Shown here: in pieces, positions 39,965-49,619 of the stretch
How the letters are laid out: the number at the start of each line of letters is the position of its first letter
How positions within the stretch are numbered: the stretch's first letter is position 1
DNA from: Bacilli bacterium
Lineage (GTDB): Bacteria; Bacillota_I; Bacilli_A; RFN20; CAG-826
NCBI GenBank assembly: GCA_024408335.1
Contig: JAKSVB010000002.1
Location: forward strand, 90,630-154,629
Length of the DNA: 64,000 nucleotides
Direction: 5' to 3'
Made by a program: the position numbers and the translations under genes
Notes under the pieces: generated by a model
Databases searched by the model: none
What the model saw: only the letters and a program-made list of their open reading frames with translations
What the model was told of the DNA's origin: nothing

Positions 39965-41512
39965 TTAGAAAGTCTTTTCACAAATAATGTCTAAAGATTT
40001 GCGACCTTTGTACTCATTTATTCTAAATGTCGCAACGAAATCGACCTTGGATTCACCGACAAAACTGTCTTGGCTGATCGAGAAAGAAAAGAGCCTCGAA
40101 TCGGTTGATATTTTAGTTGAAAGATATTTGCCTTCTTTGATGTAAGTGAAGGTTCTTGGATCAAGATTATTTAGTAGAAATTTAGGAGTTTCCCAACAGA
40201 AGCCAAAAGGCGCAAAAGTCTCGATGATTCGGTAACTTTGCATTGTGCATTCACCTAAAGAAAGAGGAATTCCCGTCTTCTCTTTTGGAGAGAGTTTGTG
40301 CTTAACTGCGGCATAGAGATAATCCTTCTTGAAAGCCGCAAAATCCTCCACTCTGATTGACACTCCTCCAGCGCATGGATGGCCACCTTTTGAGAGTAAA
40401 TTTACCTTCGTTCCTTCAAGTGCTTTAAGGACATCAAAACCCTCTTCGCTACGCATCGAACCAACTAAAATATTTTCGTCGTTTTCTTTTTTCGAAAAGA
40501 CAATTACAGGCTTGTGATAGTTAGAAAGGAGTCTTGAAGCGAGTAAACCGTTAAGTCCTTCAGGGATTTCCGCGTTAACGATAATGGCAGGTTCGTCCTC
40601 ATTAATCACGAGGTTTTCAAAGGATTCTTTGGTTATTTCTTTCCTTCTTTCATATACCTCATTTATATAGTTTGCGATAAGCGTTTTGTCACTTTCTGGG
40701 TTACCGAAATACGCCAAAAGCCTATTTGGTTCAGTGCCTTTTTCAAGTCTTCCGATGGAGTTAAGCTTAGGGTTAATTCCCATTTGGAAAGTCGATGCAT
40801 CGAACTCTTTCGCGTCACTAAGAAGAGCAAATTCTTCATATCTATTCTTGTTAACGATGTCTAACATCAAACGAACGATTTCGCGGTTGTATTTCCTTAG
40901 CGGCATCATGTCGCTAATTGTGGAAATTGCGCCTAAGGAAAGAAGATAATCATCCACTCTATTTAATAAGGCGACACTAAAAACGAAAGAAAGATATCCA
41001 GCACTAATTGGTACATCTCCATAAGAAACGGTTTCTGGGTGAATTACGATATCCGTTTCCGGCTTAACTAAGTCAAATTCGTGGTGATCAAGAATGATGA
41101 CTTCCACTCCTAGGTTCTTAGCTTCTAGCAATGCCTCATGGGCTGTAACGCCATTATCGCAGGTGAAAATGATTTTAAATCCTTTGGCTGCGATTTTCTT
41201 TACATTAGCGACTGTTAAGCCATAACCATCGAGATATCTTGAAGGTATGTATCCAGCGCAATCAAGACCGAATTCTTTGAATGCACGAAGAAGAATCGAA
41301 GCGCTAGCAATGCCATCGACATCGTAGTCGCCATAGATAAGAATCCTCTCTTCGGTATCACGCGCCTTCTTAAGCCTTTCTATCGCTTTCTTGACCTCTA
41401 TTTGGTCATCGATCAAAGGGATATTACTAAAAGAAGGAGGAAGTATGAGTCCTTCATACTCCTCCTTCGTAATGCCGTAGTATGTAAGTAATCTATCGAG
41501 AAGGCTTTCCAT
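39965..41512 (-). CDS. recJ: single-stranded-DNA-specific exonuclease RecJ-like DHH/DHHA1 protein
   Basis: DHH motifs ILIYGDYDVDGIAS, ILDHHE and the DHHA1 GGGH. 515 aa. Located secDF-recJ-relA as in Bacillus. Confidence 0.8.
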   Translation of the reverse strand: MESLLDRLLTYYGITKEEYEGLILPPSFSNIPLIDDQIEVKKAIERLKKARDTEERILIYGDYDVDGIASASILLRAFKEFGLDCAGYIPSRYLDGYGLTVANVKKIAAKGFKIIFTCDNGVTAHEALLEAKNLGVEVIILDHHEFDLVKPETDIVIHPETVSYGDVPISAGYLSFVFSVALLNRVDDYLLSLGAISTISDMMPLRKYNREIVRLMLDIVNKNRYEEFALLSDAKEFDASTFQMGINPKLNSIGRLEKGTEPNRLLAYFGNPESDKTLIANYINEVYERRKEITKESFENLVINEDEPAIIVNAEIPEGLNGLLASRLLSNYHKPVIVFSKKENDENILVGSMRSEEGFDVLKALEGTKVNLLSKGGHPCAGGVSIRVEDFAAFKKDYLYAAVKHKLSPKEKTGIPLSLGECTMQSYRIIETFAPFGFCWETPKFLLNNLDPRTFTYIKEGKYLSTKISTDSRLFSFSISQDSFVGESKVDFVATFRINEYKGRKSLDIICEKTF

Positions 41513-44256
41513 TAGTCGTTGATACCAATGAAGATAGCTTCTTCAGGTTCGCTGCTCTTACGTTGGTTGGCTTTGTTAGCGGCTTTTCTAGCTTCTTGGG
41601 CTTTCTTGTAGCTTCCAGAAATTGAATTGCCTGCTGCTTTGAACCATTTACCAAAGGTAACAGCGAGTGGGACAAGAACAAAGAGAGCAAGTGCTGTAGC
41701 GATTGCTAAGCCAATGATTGCTCCAACGAACATGATCCAGTATTGTCTTGGACCAAATGCGACGAACGCTAAGAGGAATGCGCATAACATTCCAGCGAAG
41801 ATAAGGATTTCCCCTGCTTCTTCGCCAACGCCTTTTTCTAAGCAAGCGTTGCGGAAGGCGAGAGCGCTCTTATCGCGTTCACGTGAATCCTTAACGATTT
41901 CGTTTCCTCTATTAAGGAGATAGATAGCGAAATAAAGGAATGCAAGCGAAGCAACGACTGCTGCGATTGAAGCGATTGGAGTGACTGGTAATCTTGTTAA
42001 AGCGAAGAAACCAACGGTAACGACGCTTGTGCCAAGACCAAGGAGTCCAGTGACGAAGCCACGGGCAAGGCCGAATCTGAACATCATGTAGACGGCTGCT
42101 GCAACGAAGCCAAGGCCGAGGCCAAGATAAACAGTGCCAAGGTTTGGAGTGCCTGCTTGATAACGGACTGTAGCGCTTGTTGCGTAGATTGATGTGCCAC
42201 CGAATTCTTTAGCGGCTTCTTCGATAGCTAAGTTAAGGTTATTGAAGGTTGTGCCTGCAACTTTGAATGTTTCTTTTTCGTTATTGTCAGCGAAATAGAC
42301 GCTAAGTGGGATTTCGAAGTTATAGACATTGTAGGTTGTTTCGTCGTCGTTAAGATAGACGCTTGATTGTTCAAGGACGATCTTATCGGCGCTTGTTAAG
42401 TCTGCTAAGGTGCCATCTTTGTATTCGACCGTTGAAAGGAAGTCCATAGCTTGATCTTTCTTATAAAGAAGCTTGGTGCCTTGTGATTCTGTGTCGACAC
42501 GGTATTCGACTAAGAGTGATGTGGTGTTGTCGTATGCACCGCTGTAGTTATAGACATTACCAAGGGCATTGGTGACAATGATGCCACCAAGAGCAGCAAC
42601 AAGAAGAGCGATAGCGCCGATTAAGAATGGGCGTTTTGCTTTCTTGAAGTCTTTGTTAGCGAACTTACCGAAGTATGTTTGCTTTTCGTCTTTAAGAGAA
42701 TTTGGAATGACGCTGGTGTTGATTCCATAGAGTTTGCCATAGCTCTTTTCTGTGGAAGCGTCATTAGCAAGGAGTGCGCCTTGGATACGGAGAAGGATAA
42801 GGTTAAGGACTAAGCCGACTGCGGTTGTAAGGATGAGAGCTAAGCCTAAGTTACCGATTGTTGAGTGGACAAAGGCATAGACGAAGATACCGACAAGGAT
42901 TGAAACGACAGAGATGTCGATGGTTGGCCATAAAGCCTTCTTCATGCCTTCTTGGTGAGCTTTCTTGATTGTACGTCCTTCGTAGATTTGTTGTTTGAAT
43001 TTGTGGAAATAGTACATGCCACCGAATGAAGTGACCATTGCGCCAAGAGCGAAGCCGACGAGAGCGCCGATACCGAATTGTGCGCTGAAGTAAGCAAACA
43101 TAAGGATTGCGCCTTCGGTTGCAACTGCTGCGTTAGCTAAGATTGAGACAGCGCCGATTCTGTAGAATAAGCAAAGGGCTACGATGCCAAGAGCAAGAGA
43201 AACAAGAGCTGCGATTGCTGTTGGGCCGAAGTTGATGGCTAAGTGCCAATCGCCTGCTGTGACGAGTGGATCAACGCTTGGTGAGACGACGGTAGCGTGT
43301 GAGAATGAGACGTCATAGTCATATTCGCTAGCGTTAAGAACGTCGCGGTAGAATTTAGCAGCTTTGAATGCAGCGTTTGCTTTGCTTGGGTCGTAGCTGC
43401 CATCTTTAATAGCTGCGCTTGAAGGAATGAGCTGGATCTTCTTGTAGTTGTTGTCATCGTCAGCTGGGTCAACCCACCAGGAGTTGGCTGCTTCTTGACC
43501 GAAGAGAAGACGTGAACCCATGTTGACGTTGAAGTCTTCGTGGTTTGTATCTGAAGCAATAGCATAGCTATCATTTTCTTGTTTGTGATCCCAGAGACAG
43601 AAGAGAGTGCTCTTTGCTGCGACTGTTTCATTGCCGTCTTCATCGGTTTCAGCATCGTTAGTGTTGTCTTTGCAGTATTTGATGAGTTCGTTTAATGGGC
43701 CGTTTTCACCTTGGAAGGTTTCCTTGACTGGGATAGTAACGACTGGGATTGAGTTAACGTATTCGATTTGAGCGTTTGTTCCTTCTTCGAAGAGGCCGTT
43801 ATCAGCGAATTCAGGGCTGTTTGGTGCTTCAGCCATGATGTCTTCGTCACGTGATCCTGCTTCAACGGTGACGTGTTGGCCACTGTAAGCAAGATAGGTT
43901 TGAAGGTAGCTATATTCAACATCGTCACTGCCTTGGGTACGGACAGAGATTTTGACGGTGTGATAACCTTCTTTGATGACACTGGCATTGATGTCCCAGA
44001 ATTCGAGACGTTTTTCCATTTCTTTTGCGACTGCGTCAACTGCACCGTAGTTACGGGTTGTTGCATCTGCACCAATGTAACTTTCTGGGTTGACACCTTC
44101 GTATGTGGAATCTTTGACGGAAATGTTGAAATACAAATCCTTACCGCTGCCATAGCTGACATCGGTGTCCATTTTACTAAGCGATGAAGTGATGGTGACA
44201 CCAACTCCTAAAAGGAGGGAAGCACCAAGGAATAAATAAGCTAATCTTCTACGCAT
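41512..44256 (-). CDS. secDF: protein translocase subunit SecDF (fused SecD-SecF)
   Basis: Two RND-like 6-TM modules, each after a large extracytoplasmic domain. Start is chosen at MRRRLAYLFLG (44256) with GGAGGA RBS 7 nt upstream; the track ORF starts at 44304. Confidence 0.8.
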   Translation of the reverse strand: MRRRLAYLFLGASLLLGVGVTITSSLSKMDTDVSYGSGKDLYFNISVKDSTYEGVNPESYIGADATTRNYGAVDAVAKEMEKRLEFWDINASVIKEGYHTVKISVRTQGSDDVEYSYLQTYLAYSGQHVTVEAGSRDEDIMAEAPNSPEFADNGLFEEGTNAQIEYVNSIPVVTIPVKETFQGENGPLNELIKYCKDNTNDAETDEDGNETVAAKSTLFCLWDHKQENDSYAIASDTNHEDFNVNMGSRLLFGQEAANSWWVDPADDDNNYKKIQLIPSSAAIKDGSYDPSKANAAFKAAKFYRDVLNASEYDYDVSFSHATVVSPSVDPLVTAGDWHLAINFGPTAIAALVSLALGIVALCLFYRIGAVSILANAAVATEGAILMFAYFSAQFGIGALVGFALGAMVTSFGGMYYFHKFKQQIYEGRTIKKAHQEGMKKALWPTIDISVVSILVGIFVYAFVHSTIGNLGLALILTTAVGLVLNLILLRIQGALLANDASTEKSYGKLYGINTSVIPNSLKDEKQTYFGKFANKDFKKAKRPFLIGAIALLVAALGGIIVTNALGNVYNYSGAYDNTTSLLVEYRVDTESQGTKLLYKKDQAMDFLSTVEYKDGTLADLTSADKIVLEQSSVYLNDDETTYNVYNFEIPLSVYFADNNEKETFKVAGTTFNNLNLAIEEAAKEFGGTSIYATSATVRYQAGTPNLGTVYLGLGLGFVAAAVYMMFRFGLARGFVTGLLGLGTSVVTVGFFALTRLPVTPIASIAAVVASLAFLYFAIYLLNRGNEIVKDSRERDKSALAFRNACLEKGVGEEAGEILIFAGMLCAFLLAFVAFGPRQYWIMFVGAIIGLAIATALALFVLVPLAVTFGKWFKAAGNSISGSYKKAQEARKAANKANQRKSSEPEEAIFIGIND

Positions 44257-44372
44257 AAATATCCTCCAAGCAATTTGCCCTGCACAAAAAGAATGTGCTG
44301 GCAAGCCCTACAAGTTTACAACATACGCGAGCACGCGTACAAGAACAAAACATAGTTTTGTATTAAAAATCG

Positions 44373-45398
44373 TTAAAATAAGAGTCCCTGATAGGAGATT
44401 TTGAGGTGTTCATATGCCTTTGGGGTGGCAATTCTTCCTCTTGGGGTACGGTTAATGAGGCCAATCATGGTGAGATATGGTTCATAGACGTCTTCAAGGT
44501 TGGTGATCTCTTCGCCGATGGCGCTAGCAATTGATTCAAGGCCTACTGGGCCGCCATGGTATCTCTCGATGATGGCGCGAAGGTATTTGATATCGACATC
44601 GTCTAATCCGAGGTTGTCGATTTTCAAGGCGTTAAGAGCTTTATTGGCTAAAGCCATATCGATCATCTCAAGTCCATCAAACGAAGCAAAATCACGAACG
44701 CGCTTATAGATTCTATTGGCGATACGTGGGGTTCCTCTGCTTCTTTGAGCAAGAAGTTTGATGGCTTCTTTTTCCATAGGCATTCCTAATACTTTTGATG
44801 TTCTTTCGATAATCATCGCAAGCTCATCTTCCGTATAGAAATCGATTTTGGCGCTGATACCAAATCTAGCGCGAAGAGGCGAAGAAAGATCACCTGCTCT
44901 AGTTGTTGCGCCAACGAGAGTAAATGGAGGGAGAGGCATATTAAGAGATTTGGTTGCGCCATCCCTATTGATTGTGATCGAAAGCTCGAAGTCTTCCATT
45001 GCGGAATAAAGAACTTCTTCGACTTGTCTAGGAAGCCTATGAATTTCATCAATAAATAAGACATCCCCTGGTTCGAGATCGCATAAAATAGCGGCTAAAT
45101 CTCCACTTTTTTCGATTGAAGGACCATTGACGACTTTGATTTTGCCACCCATTTCATTGGCAATGACATGGGCTAAAGTAGTCTTTCCTAGTCCTGGTGG
45201 GCCATAAAGCAAAACGTGATCTAAGCACTCTTCTCTCTTTTTGGCCGCACCAATGAAAACGCTTAAGTTTTCTTTTAAAGCAGCTTGGCCAACATATTCT
45301 TTTAGGGTTTGAGGACGCAAAGTTAAATCAGTGGCGTTATCTCCACTTTCTTTTCTTGCATCTAAGATGCGTTCGCTGTCCTCTACTCTCTTTTTCAT
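44373..45398 (-). CDS. ruvB: Holliday junction branch migration ATPase RuvB
   Basis: AAA+ Walker [10 protein letters not shown], Walker B DEIHRL, and sensor motifs. 341 aa. Confidence 0.95.
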   Translation of the reverse strand: MKKRVEDSERILDARKESGDNATDLTLRPQTLKEYVGQAALKENLSVFIGAAKKREECLDHVLLYGPPGLGKTTLAHVIANEMGGKIKVVNGPSIEKSGDLAAILCDLEPGDVLFIDEIHRLPRQVEEVLYSAMEDFELSITINRDGATKSLNMPLPPFTLVGATTRAGDLSSPLRARFGISAKIDFYTEDELAMIIERTSKVLGMPMEKEAIKLLAQRSRGTPRIANRIYKRVRDFASFDGLEMIDMALANKALNALKIDNLGLDDVDIKYLRAIIERYHGGPVGLESIASAIGEEITNLEDVYEPYLTMIGLINRTPRGRIATPKAYEHLKISYQGLLF

Positions 45399-45400
45399 AA

Positions 45401-45961
45401 TTATTTCTTAAGTTTCTTTAAAGCTAGACGGAGGACTTCTTGGTTAGAAAGACCTGGTTCGCTAATGCTAGCAAGAACGTCATCAATGGCTTTGACTTTG
45501 AAGCCAAGTGACTTTAAGCCCTCACGAACTTCGTCATATTGATCAGGATTTCCCTTAACTCCGTTATCAGCAAGTCTACCTTTAAGATCAAGGATGATTT
45601 GGGCAGCAGCCTTAGGGCCAATGCCAGGGAGTTTCTTTAAGAACGAGGTGTTATTAGCCTCGATCGCTTTCATTAAATCGTTAGGGTTTGTGGCACCTAA
45701 TGCGTTGATGGCGGTCTTTGGACCAATGCCCTTAACTTGAATAAGGGACTTGAAAGCGTCTTTCTCAAGTTTGTCTTTGAAGCCGACTAAGTAATGATCG
45801 TTTTCATTAAAGACCTCATGGACGAAAATCGTTGTTTCCTCGTTTAAAGCATAGTCGCTAGTTCTAGCAACGAGAAGCTCATAAGCTATACCGCTATTAA
45901 CGAGAATAGCGACGCTTTCTTTGTCGATGTTGACGATTTTTCCTAAAAATGAGTAATACAT
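45401..45961 (-). CDS. ruvA: Holliday junction DNA helicase subunit RuvA
   Basis: OB fold followed by HhH motifs (GIGPKTA) and a C-terminal domain. Directly upstream of ruvB. Confidence 0.9.
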   Translation of the reverse strand: MYYSFLGKIVNIDKESVAILVNSGIAYELLVARTSDYALNEETTIFVHEVFNENDHYLVGFKDKLEKDAFKSLIQVKGIGPKTAINALGATNPNDLMKAIEANNTSFLKKLPGIGPKAAAQIILDLKGRLADNGVKGNPDQYDEVREGLKSLGFKVKAIDDVLASISEPGLSNQEVLRLALKKLKK

Positions 45962-46073
45962 AATCTATTTATAAATGATACCAAACGTGACTGAAATGAT
46001 GAACATTACCGCTATAGCTGTTAAGCCAAGAAGCACTATCTGAACGCTCTTTTTCATGACTTATTATATAGCC

Positions 46074-47348
46074 TTATTTGAAGTAATCGAAGATGAAGTC
46101 GTTGATCTGAACTTTATCGCCGTCTTGGACCCCTGCTTCTTCAAGTTTCTCTTCGATTCCAATGTTATCGAGGTATCTGATTAAGCGCATGATACCTTCG
46201 TCAGTTGATGTGTTAATGAGGCCTGCATCTCTTTCAACTTTTTGGCCTTTGATGAGCCAGCCATTAGCGCCTCTAACGATTTCGTAATCTGAAGCTTCTT
46301 CTATCTCGCGGGCGTTATAGACCTTCATCTTGGTTTCTTCATTGACGCCTTTGATCTGGAATTCAGGAGTGTTTTCAATGAGTTCAATCGCTTTCTTTAA
46401 GAGCTCATTGACACCTTTATGGGTAAGGCTTGATAAGGCAATCGATTCGAATCCGAGTTTTGCATCGAATTCCTTTTTGATCTCTTCTGCGCCTTCCATA
46501 TCCATCATAGATGCGACGACGATTTGAGGTCTCTTTTCGAGGAATGCATCATAGGCTTTAAGTTCCTCGTTGATGGTGCAGTAATCCTCATATGGGTCAC
46601 GTTCACCGCTCATTGAGACAAGATGAATTAAGATTCTAGTTCTTTCGATGTGTCTAAGGAACTGAATACCAAGGCCTTTTCCTTCGTGAGCGCCTCTGAT
46701 TAACCCTGGCATATCGGCTAAGACGAAGCTTCTGCCATCTGGGAGATTACAAACGCCAAGGTTTGGGATAAGGGTAGTGAATGGATAATCAGCTGTTGGT
46801 ACATTAGCTTTGCTAACGACATTAAGGAATGTTGACTTACCAACGCTAGGGAAACCAACGAGACCTGCATCGGCTAAAAGCTTAAGCTCAAGGATGAGAC
46901 GCTTCTTCTCTCCTGGGTGTCCATTTTCGGCGATTCTAGGGATTCTATGACGTGATGATTTGAAACAAGCGTTGCCTCTGCCACCTCTTCCGCCTTTAGC
47001 AGCGAGAACTTTTTGGTTCTCTTCTTTGATATCTGCCAAAACACGTCCTGTGGCTTCTTCGGTGATGATGGTACCAACAGGAACTGGGATGATGATGTCC
47101 TCAGCGTTAGCGCCATATTTGTTCGTTTTCATTCCTCTTTCGCCATCTAAAGCGATGAACGTGCGGGAATGTCTGAAGTTATAAAGGTTATTAAGGTTCT
47201 TCTTGCCGATGAAATAGACAGAGCCACCACGGCCTCCGTTACCTCCATCAGGTCCACCTTTTTGGGTTTGCTTATCACGAAGGAAAGAAATGGCGCCATC
47301 GCCACCTTTTCCGCTTCTAACCTCAATTACGCAACGATCGATTAACAT
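46074..47348 (-). CDS. obg: GTPase Obg
   Basis: Gly-rich N-terminal Obg fold (GGDGGNGGRGGS), G domain GFPSVGKST, and a C-terminal OCT domain. Confidence 0.95.
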   Translation of the reverse strand: MLIDRCVIEVRSGKGGDGAISFLRDKQTQKGGPDGGNGGRGGSVYFIGKKNLNNLYNFRHSRTFIALDGERGMKTNKYGANAEDIIIPVPVGTIITEEATGRVLADIKEENQKVLAAKGGRGGRGNACFKSSRHRIPRIAENGHPGEKKRLILELKLLADAGLVGFPSVGKSTFLNVVSKANVPTADYPFTTLIPNLGVCNLPDGRSFVLADMPGLIRGAHEGKGLGIQFLRHIERTRILIHLVSMSGERDPYEDYCTINEELKAYDAFLEKRPQIVVASMMDMEGAEEIKKEFDAKLGFESIALSSLTHKGVNELLKKAIELIENTPEFQIKGVNEETKMKVYNAREIEEASDYEIVRGANGWLIKGQKVERDAGLINTSTDEGIMRLIRYLDNIGIEEKLEEAGVQDGDKVQINDFIFDYFK

Positions 47349-47350
47349 AA

Positions 47351-48118
47351 TTAGGCCTCCTTGACTTCTAAACCAAGACTCTTTCTTTCGTCATTGGTAA
47401 GAATGTAATTCTTTTTGTTCTTTTTGATTCTCTTCATGTCTTTCATGAAGTTCATGCTGGTGCTTCCAGCGTGTTTGATGGTGCTCTTTTCACCATCATT
47501 CCAGATACATGGAACTTCTTTGATCTTAAAGCCGTTAAGCTTACAGAAATAAAGGTATTCGACATCGAAAGCAAAGCCATCGATGATTTGTTTCTTCGCT
47601 AGGATCTTTGCGAGGTCTTTTCTAAAGAGTTTGTAGCCGCATTGAGTTTCTTTGAATCCAAGACCGAAAGATAATTTGATTAATAATCTGCTCATCCAGC
47701 TCACGATTCTTCTAAGAACGGTTTGTTTATTCATGATTTTGGCGCCCTTGCAGCGGCGTGAAGCGATAAATCCATCGTAATTAGAAATCTCAGGAAGGAT
47801 TTGATCAAGAACATGGAGATCTGTAGCAAAGTCAGCGTCCATAAAGAGGACAAAATCTCCAGTAGCTTCATTAAAGCCATGTTGGACGTTATGGCCTTTT
47901 CCAAGCTTTGGTTCATAATCAACTAACTTGATTTGCTTAGGCATATCCGCCATTTTCTCGTTAGCGATTTTGATGTTTTCCTCGTCGCTTCCATCAATAA
48001 CAAGCAAAAACTCATAATCGACTTTTAAAGCGTCGAAATATGGGATGCCAAGCTTCTCGATATTGCTAAAGAGAACGGCAGATTGGTTTTTGCAAGGAAT
48101 GACTACGGATAATTTCAT
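47351..48118 (-). CDS. glycosyltransferase family 2 (Dpm1-like)
   Basis: KLSVVIPCKN...DGSDE...FMDADFATD are GT2 DxD motifs. 255 aa, inserted between rpmA and obg. Confidence 0.7.
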   Translation of the reverse strand: MKLSVVIPCKNQSAVLFSNIEKLGIPYFDALKVDYEFLLVIDGSDEENIKIANEKMADMPKQIKLVDYEPKLGKGHNVQHGFNEATGDFVLFMDADFATDLHVLDQILPEISNYDGFIASRRCKGAKIMNKQTVLRRIVSWMSRLLIKLSFGLGFKETQCGYKLFRKDLAKILAKKQIIDGFAFDVEYLYFCKLNGFKIKEVPCIWNDGEKSTIKHAGSTSMNFMKDMKRIKKNKKNYILTNDERKSLGLEVKEA

Positions 48119-48160
48119 ATGTTAATTATAAGGGAATATTCCCTTATTGGGTAGACTAAA

Positions 48161-48194
48161 GAAAGAAAAAACGGACCTATTTTCAAGGCCCGTT
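48161..48194 (-). terminator. rho-independent terminator after rpmA
   Basis: On the - strand: AACGGGCCTTGAAAATAGGTCCGTT plus TTTTTCTTTC. Confidence 0.6.
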
Positions 48195-48216
48195 TAAATA
48201 ATCGTTTTTAAATCAA

Positions 48217-48498
48217 TTACTTTGCGTAGACAGAGACTTTCTTGCCTTTTTTGCCGACACGTTCAAATTTGACGATGCCTTCGACTAAAGCGTAGATTGT
48301 GTCGTCTCCACCCTTAGCGGTGTTGAGGCCAGGTTGGACACGGGTTCCTCTTTGTCTGTAAATGATGTTGCCAGCGAGAACGTGTTGTCCGTCACCGACT
48401 TTAGCGCCAAGACGTCTTCCTGCGGAATCACGTCCGTTTTTGGTGCTAGAGACACCTTTCTTAGAAGCAAATAATTGGAGATTAAGAACAAATTTCAT
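48217..48498 (-). CDS. rpmA: 50S ribosomal protein L27 with N-terminal pro-peptide (LNLQLFA|SKKG cleavage-type sequence)
   Basis: [22 protein letters not shown]... core of bL27, preceded by the [11 protein letters not shown] extension characteristic of Prp-processed L27 in Firmicutes. Confidence 0.9.
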   Translation of the reverse strand: MKFVLNLQLFASKKGVSSTKNGRDSAGRRLGAKVGDGQHVLAGNIIYRQRGTRVQPGLNTAKGGDDTIYALVEGIVKFERVGKKGKKVSVYAK

Positions 48499-48809
48499 TC
48501 TTCAATTTTCCTTTCTAGACTCACAAACTTCGAATAGGAAGTTGCTATGTCATTCAGCTGAGATTCAATCGTCTCAGTAACGATTTGGTCATGTGTGCTT
48601 TGCTTGCCTTTGACGGTAAGCTTCACGTCGCCTTCTTCTACCTTCGCTTCATAAATAGATTCATCTTTGAAGGCGTTGAGTCCTCCAACGACGACTGCGC
48701 TTACAGCAGCACAAACGAGATCTTCACCATAAGGTGCGCTATTTGCGTGACCTTTGACGGTGATTGATTTCAAACCCGATTTTGAATAAACGAACGTAGC
48801 TTTAATCAT
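48495..48809 (-). CDS. prp: ribosomal-processing cysteine protease Prp (YsxB/DUF464)
   Basis: 104 aa with conserved His (GHAN) and Cys (DLVCAAVS). Sits between rplU and rpmA. Confidence 0.85.
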   Translation of the reverse strand: MIKATFVYSKSGLKSITVKGHANSAPYGEDLVCAAVSAVVVGGLNAFKDESIYEAKVEEGDVKLTVKGKQSTHDQIVTETIESQLNDIATSYSKFVSLERKIEE

Positions 48810-49117
48810 TAGGCGTTAATGGCTTTGACGACCAATAAGGTGTAAGGTTGACGGTGACCGTGTTTGCGGCGGACGTTTGCCTTTGCCTTGTAGCGATAGA
48901 CTGTTAATTTCTTGCCTAATCCTTGTTTTTCAACTTTGGCGACAACAGTGGCACCTTTAACGTAAGGTTCGCCGACTTTGTTGGTCTCGCCGCCGATGAA
49001 GAGGACCTTGTCAAGAGTAACGTCTGATCCGGCTTCTGCTTCAAGTTTTTCGACGAAGATCTTGTCTCCGACTGCAACTTTCATTTGCTTGCCACCGGTT
49101 TCGATAATGGCGTACAT
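48809..49117 (-). CDS. rplU: 50S ribosomal protein L21
   Basis: [25 protein letters not shown], 102 aa. Confidence 0.95.
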   Translation of the reverse strand: MYAIIETGGKQMKVAVGDKIFVEKLEAEAGSDVTLDKVLFIGGETNKVGEPYVKGATVVAKVEKQGLGKKLTVYRYKAKANVRRKHGHRQPYTLLVVKAINA

Positions 49118-49260
49118 GCTTTTTCCTCCTTATAGCTTAAGACTCGCTCCGTGCGGTTAATTACAAAGTAATTATTAGGGACCGTAGAAATGCGGTTGAG
49201 GCCCTATAGGGAGGGCGACAACGTGATTATCATACACGCGTAAAGGCAACTTGTGAAGAA
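49118..49260 (-). promoter_or_regulatory. putative L21-operon leader (autoregulatory leader upstream of rplU)
   Basis: About 140-nt structured 5' UTR on the - strand between a promoter-like region and the rplU RBS (AAGGAGG). Position is analogous to the Firmicutes L21 leader. I could not confirm the consensus by eye. Confidence 0.35.
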
Positions 49261-49335
49261 AAAACGAGCTTTTTATTATATAAACTTTCTTGGGCACCTT
49301 ATGTGCAACGTGCACACTCATCAAATTTTGGGCTG

Positions 49336-49518
49336 CTATTCCCAGTTAAACTGCCAGCCGCCAGGAACTTTCGCAGTGCCTTTTCTTGACTTCAAAAGAC
49401 GGTAAACGACAACAGAAATTATGCTGATTGATAAGACGGCTAAGACCGCTGTTAAGGCTAGTGCTTCACCAGGACAAATCTCTTCGCGTTCCTTCAAAGT
49501 TAAAGATCTTCCATTCAT
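49336..49518 (-). CDS. hypothetical small membrane protein (60 aa)
   Basis: MNGRSLTLKEREEICPGEALALTAVLAVLSISIISVVVYRLLK... has one TM helix. GAGGAGG RBS sits 6 nt upstream. The longer track ORF (to 49590) overlaps the valS terminator. Confidence 0.35.
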   Translation of the reverse strand: MNGRSLTLKEREEICPGEALALTAVLAVLSISIISVVVYRLLKSRKGTAKVPGGWQFNWE

Positions 49519-49570
49519 AGATTTTTCCTCCTCAATTACATATAGAGGCGAAAATCGAAATTTTTTTCGA

Positions 49571-49599
49571 AAAAAGAAAAACCGCCACAAAGTGACGGT
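49571..49599 (-). terminator. rho-independent terminator after valS
   Basis: On the - strand: ACCGTCACTTTGTGGCGGT plus TTTTCTTTTTT. Confidence 0.65.
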
Positions 49600-49619
49600 A
49601 AATCCTTAACTTTTTTTGA

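Noticed and set aside
44257-44372. Near-palindrome ACGCGAGCACGCGT upstream of secDF
   Set aside because: Imperfect and isolated. Probably part of the secDF promoter or 5' UTR. Nothing further supports a function.
49519-49590. N-terminal 24 codons of track ORF 49336..49590 (MWRFFFFRKKF...)
   Set aside because: Overlaps the valS intrinsic terminator. An internal ATG at 49518 has a strong GAGGAGG RBS, so the ORF was shortened.
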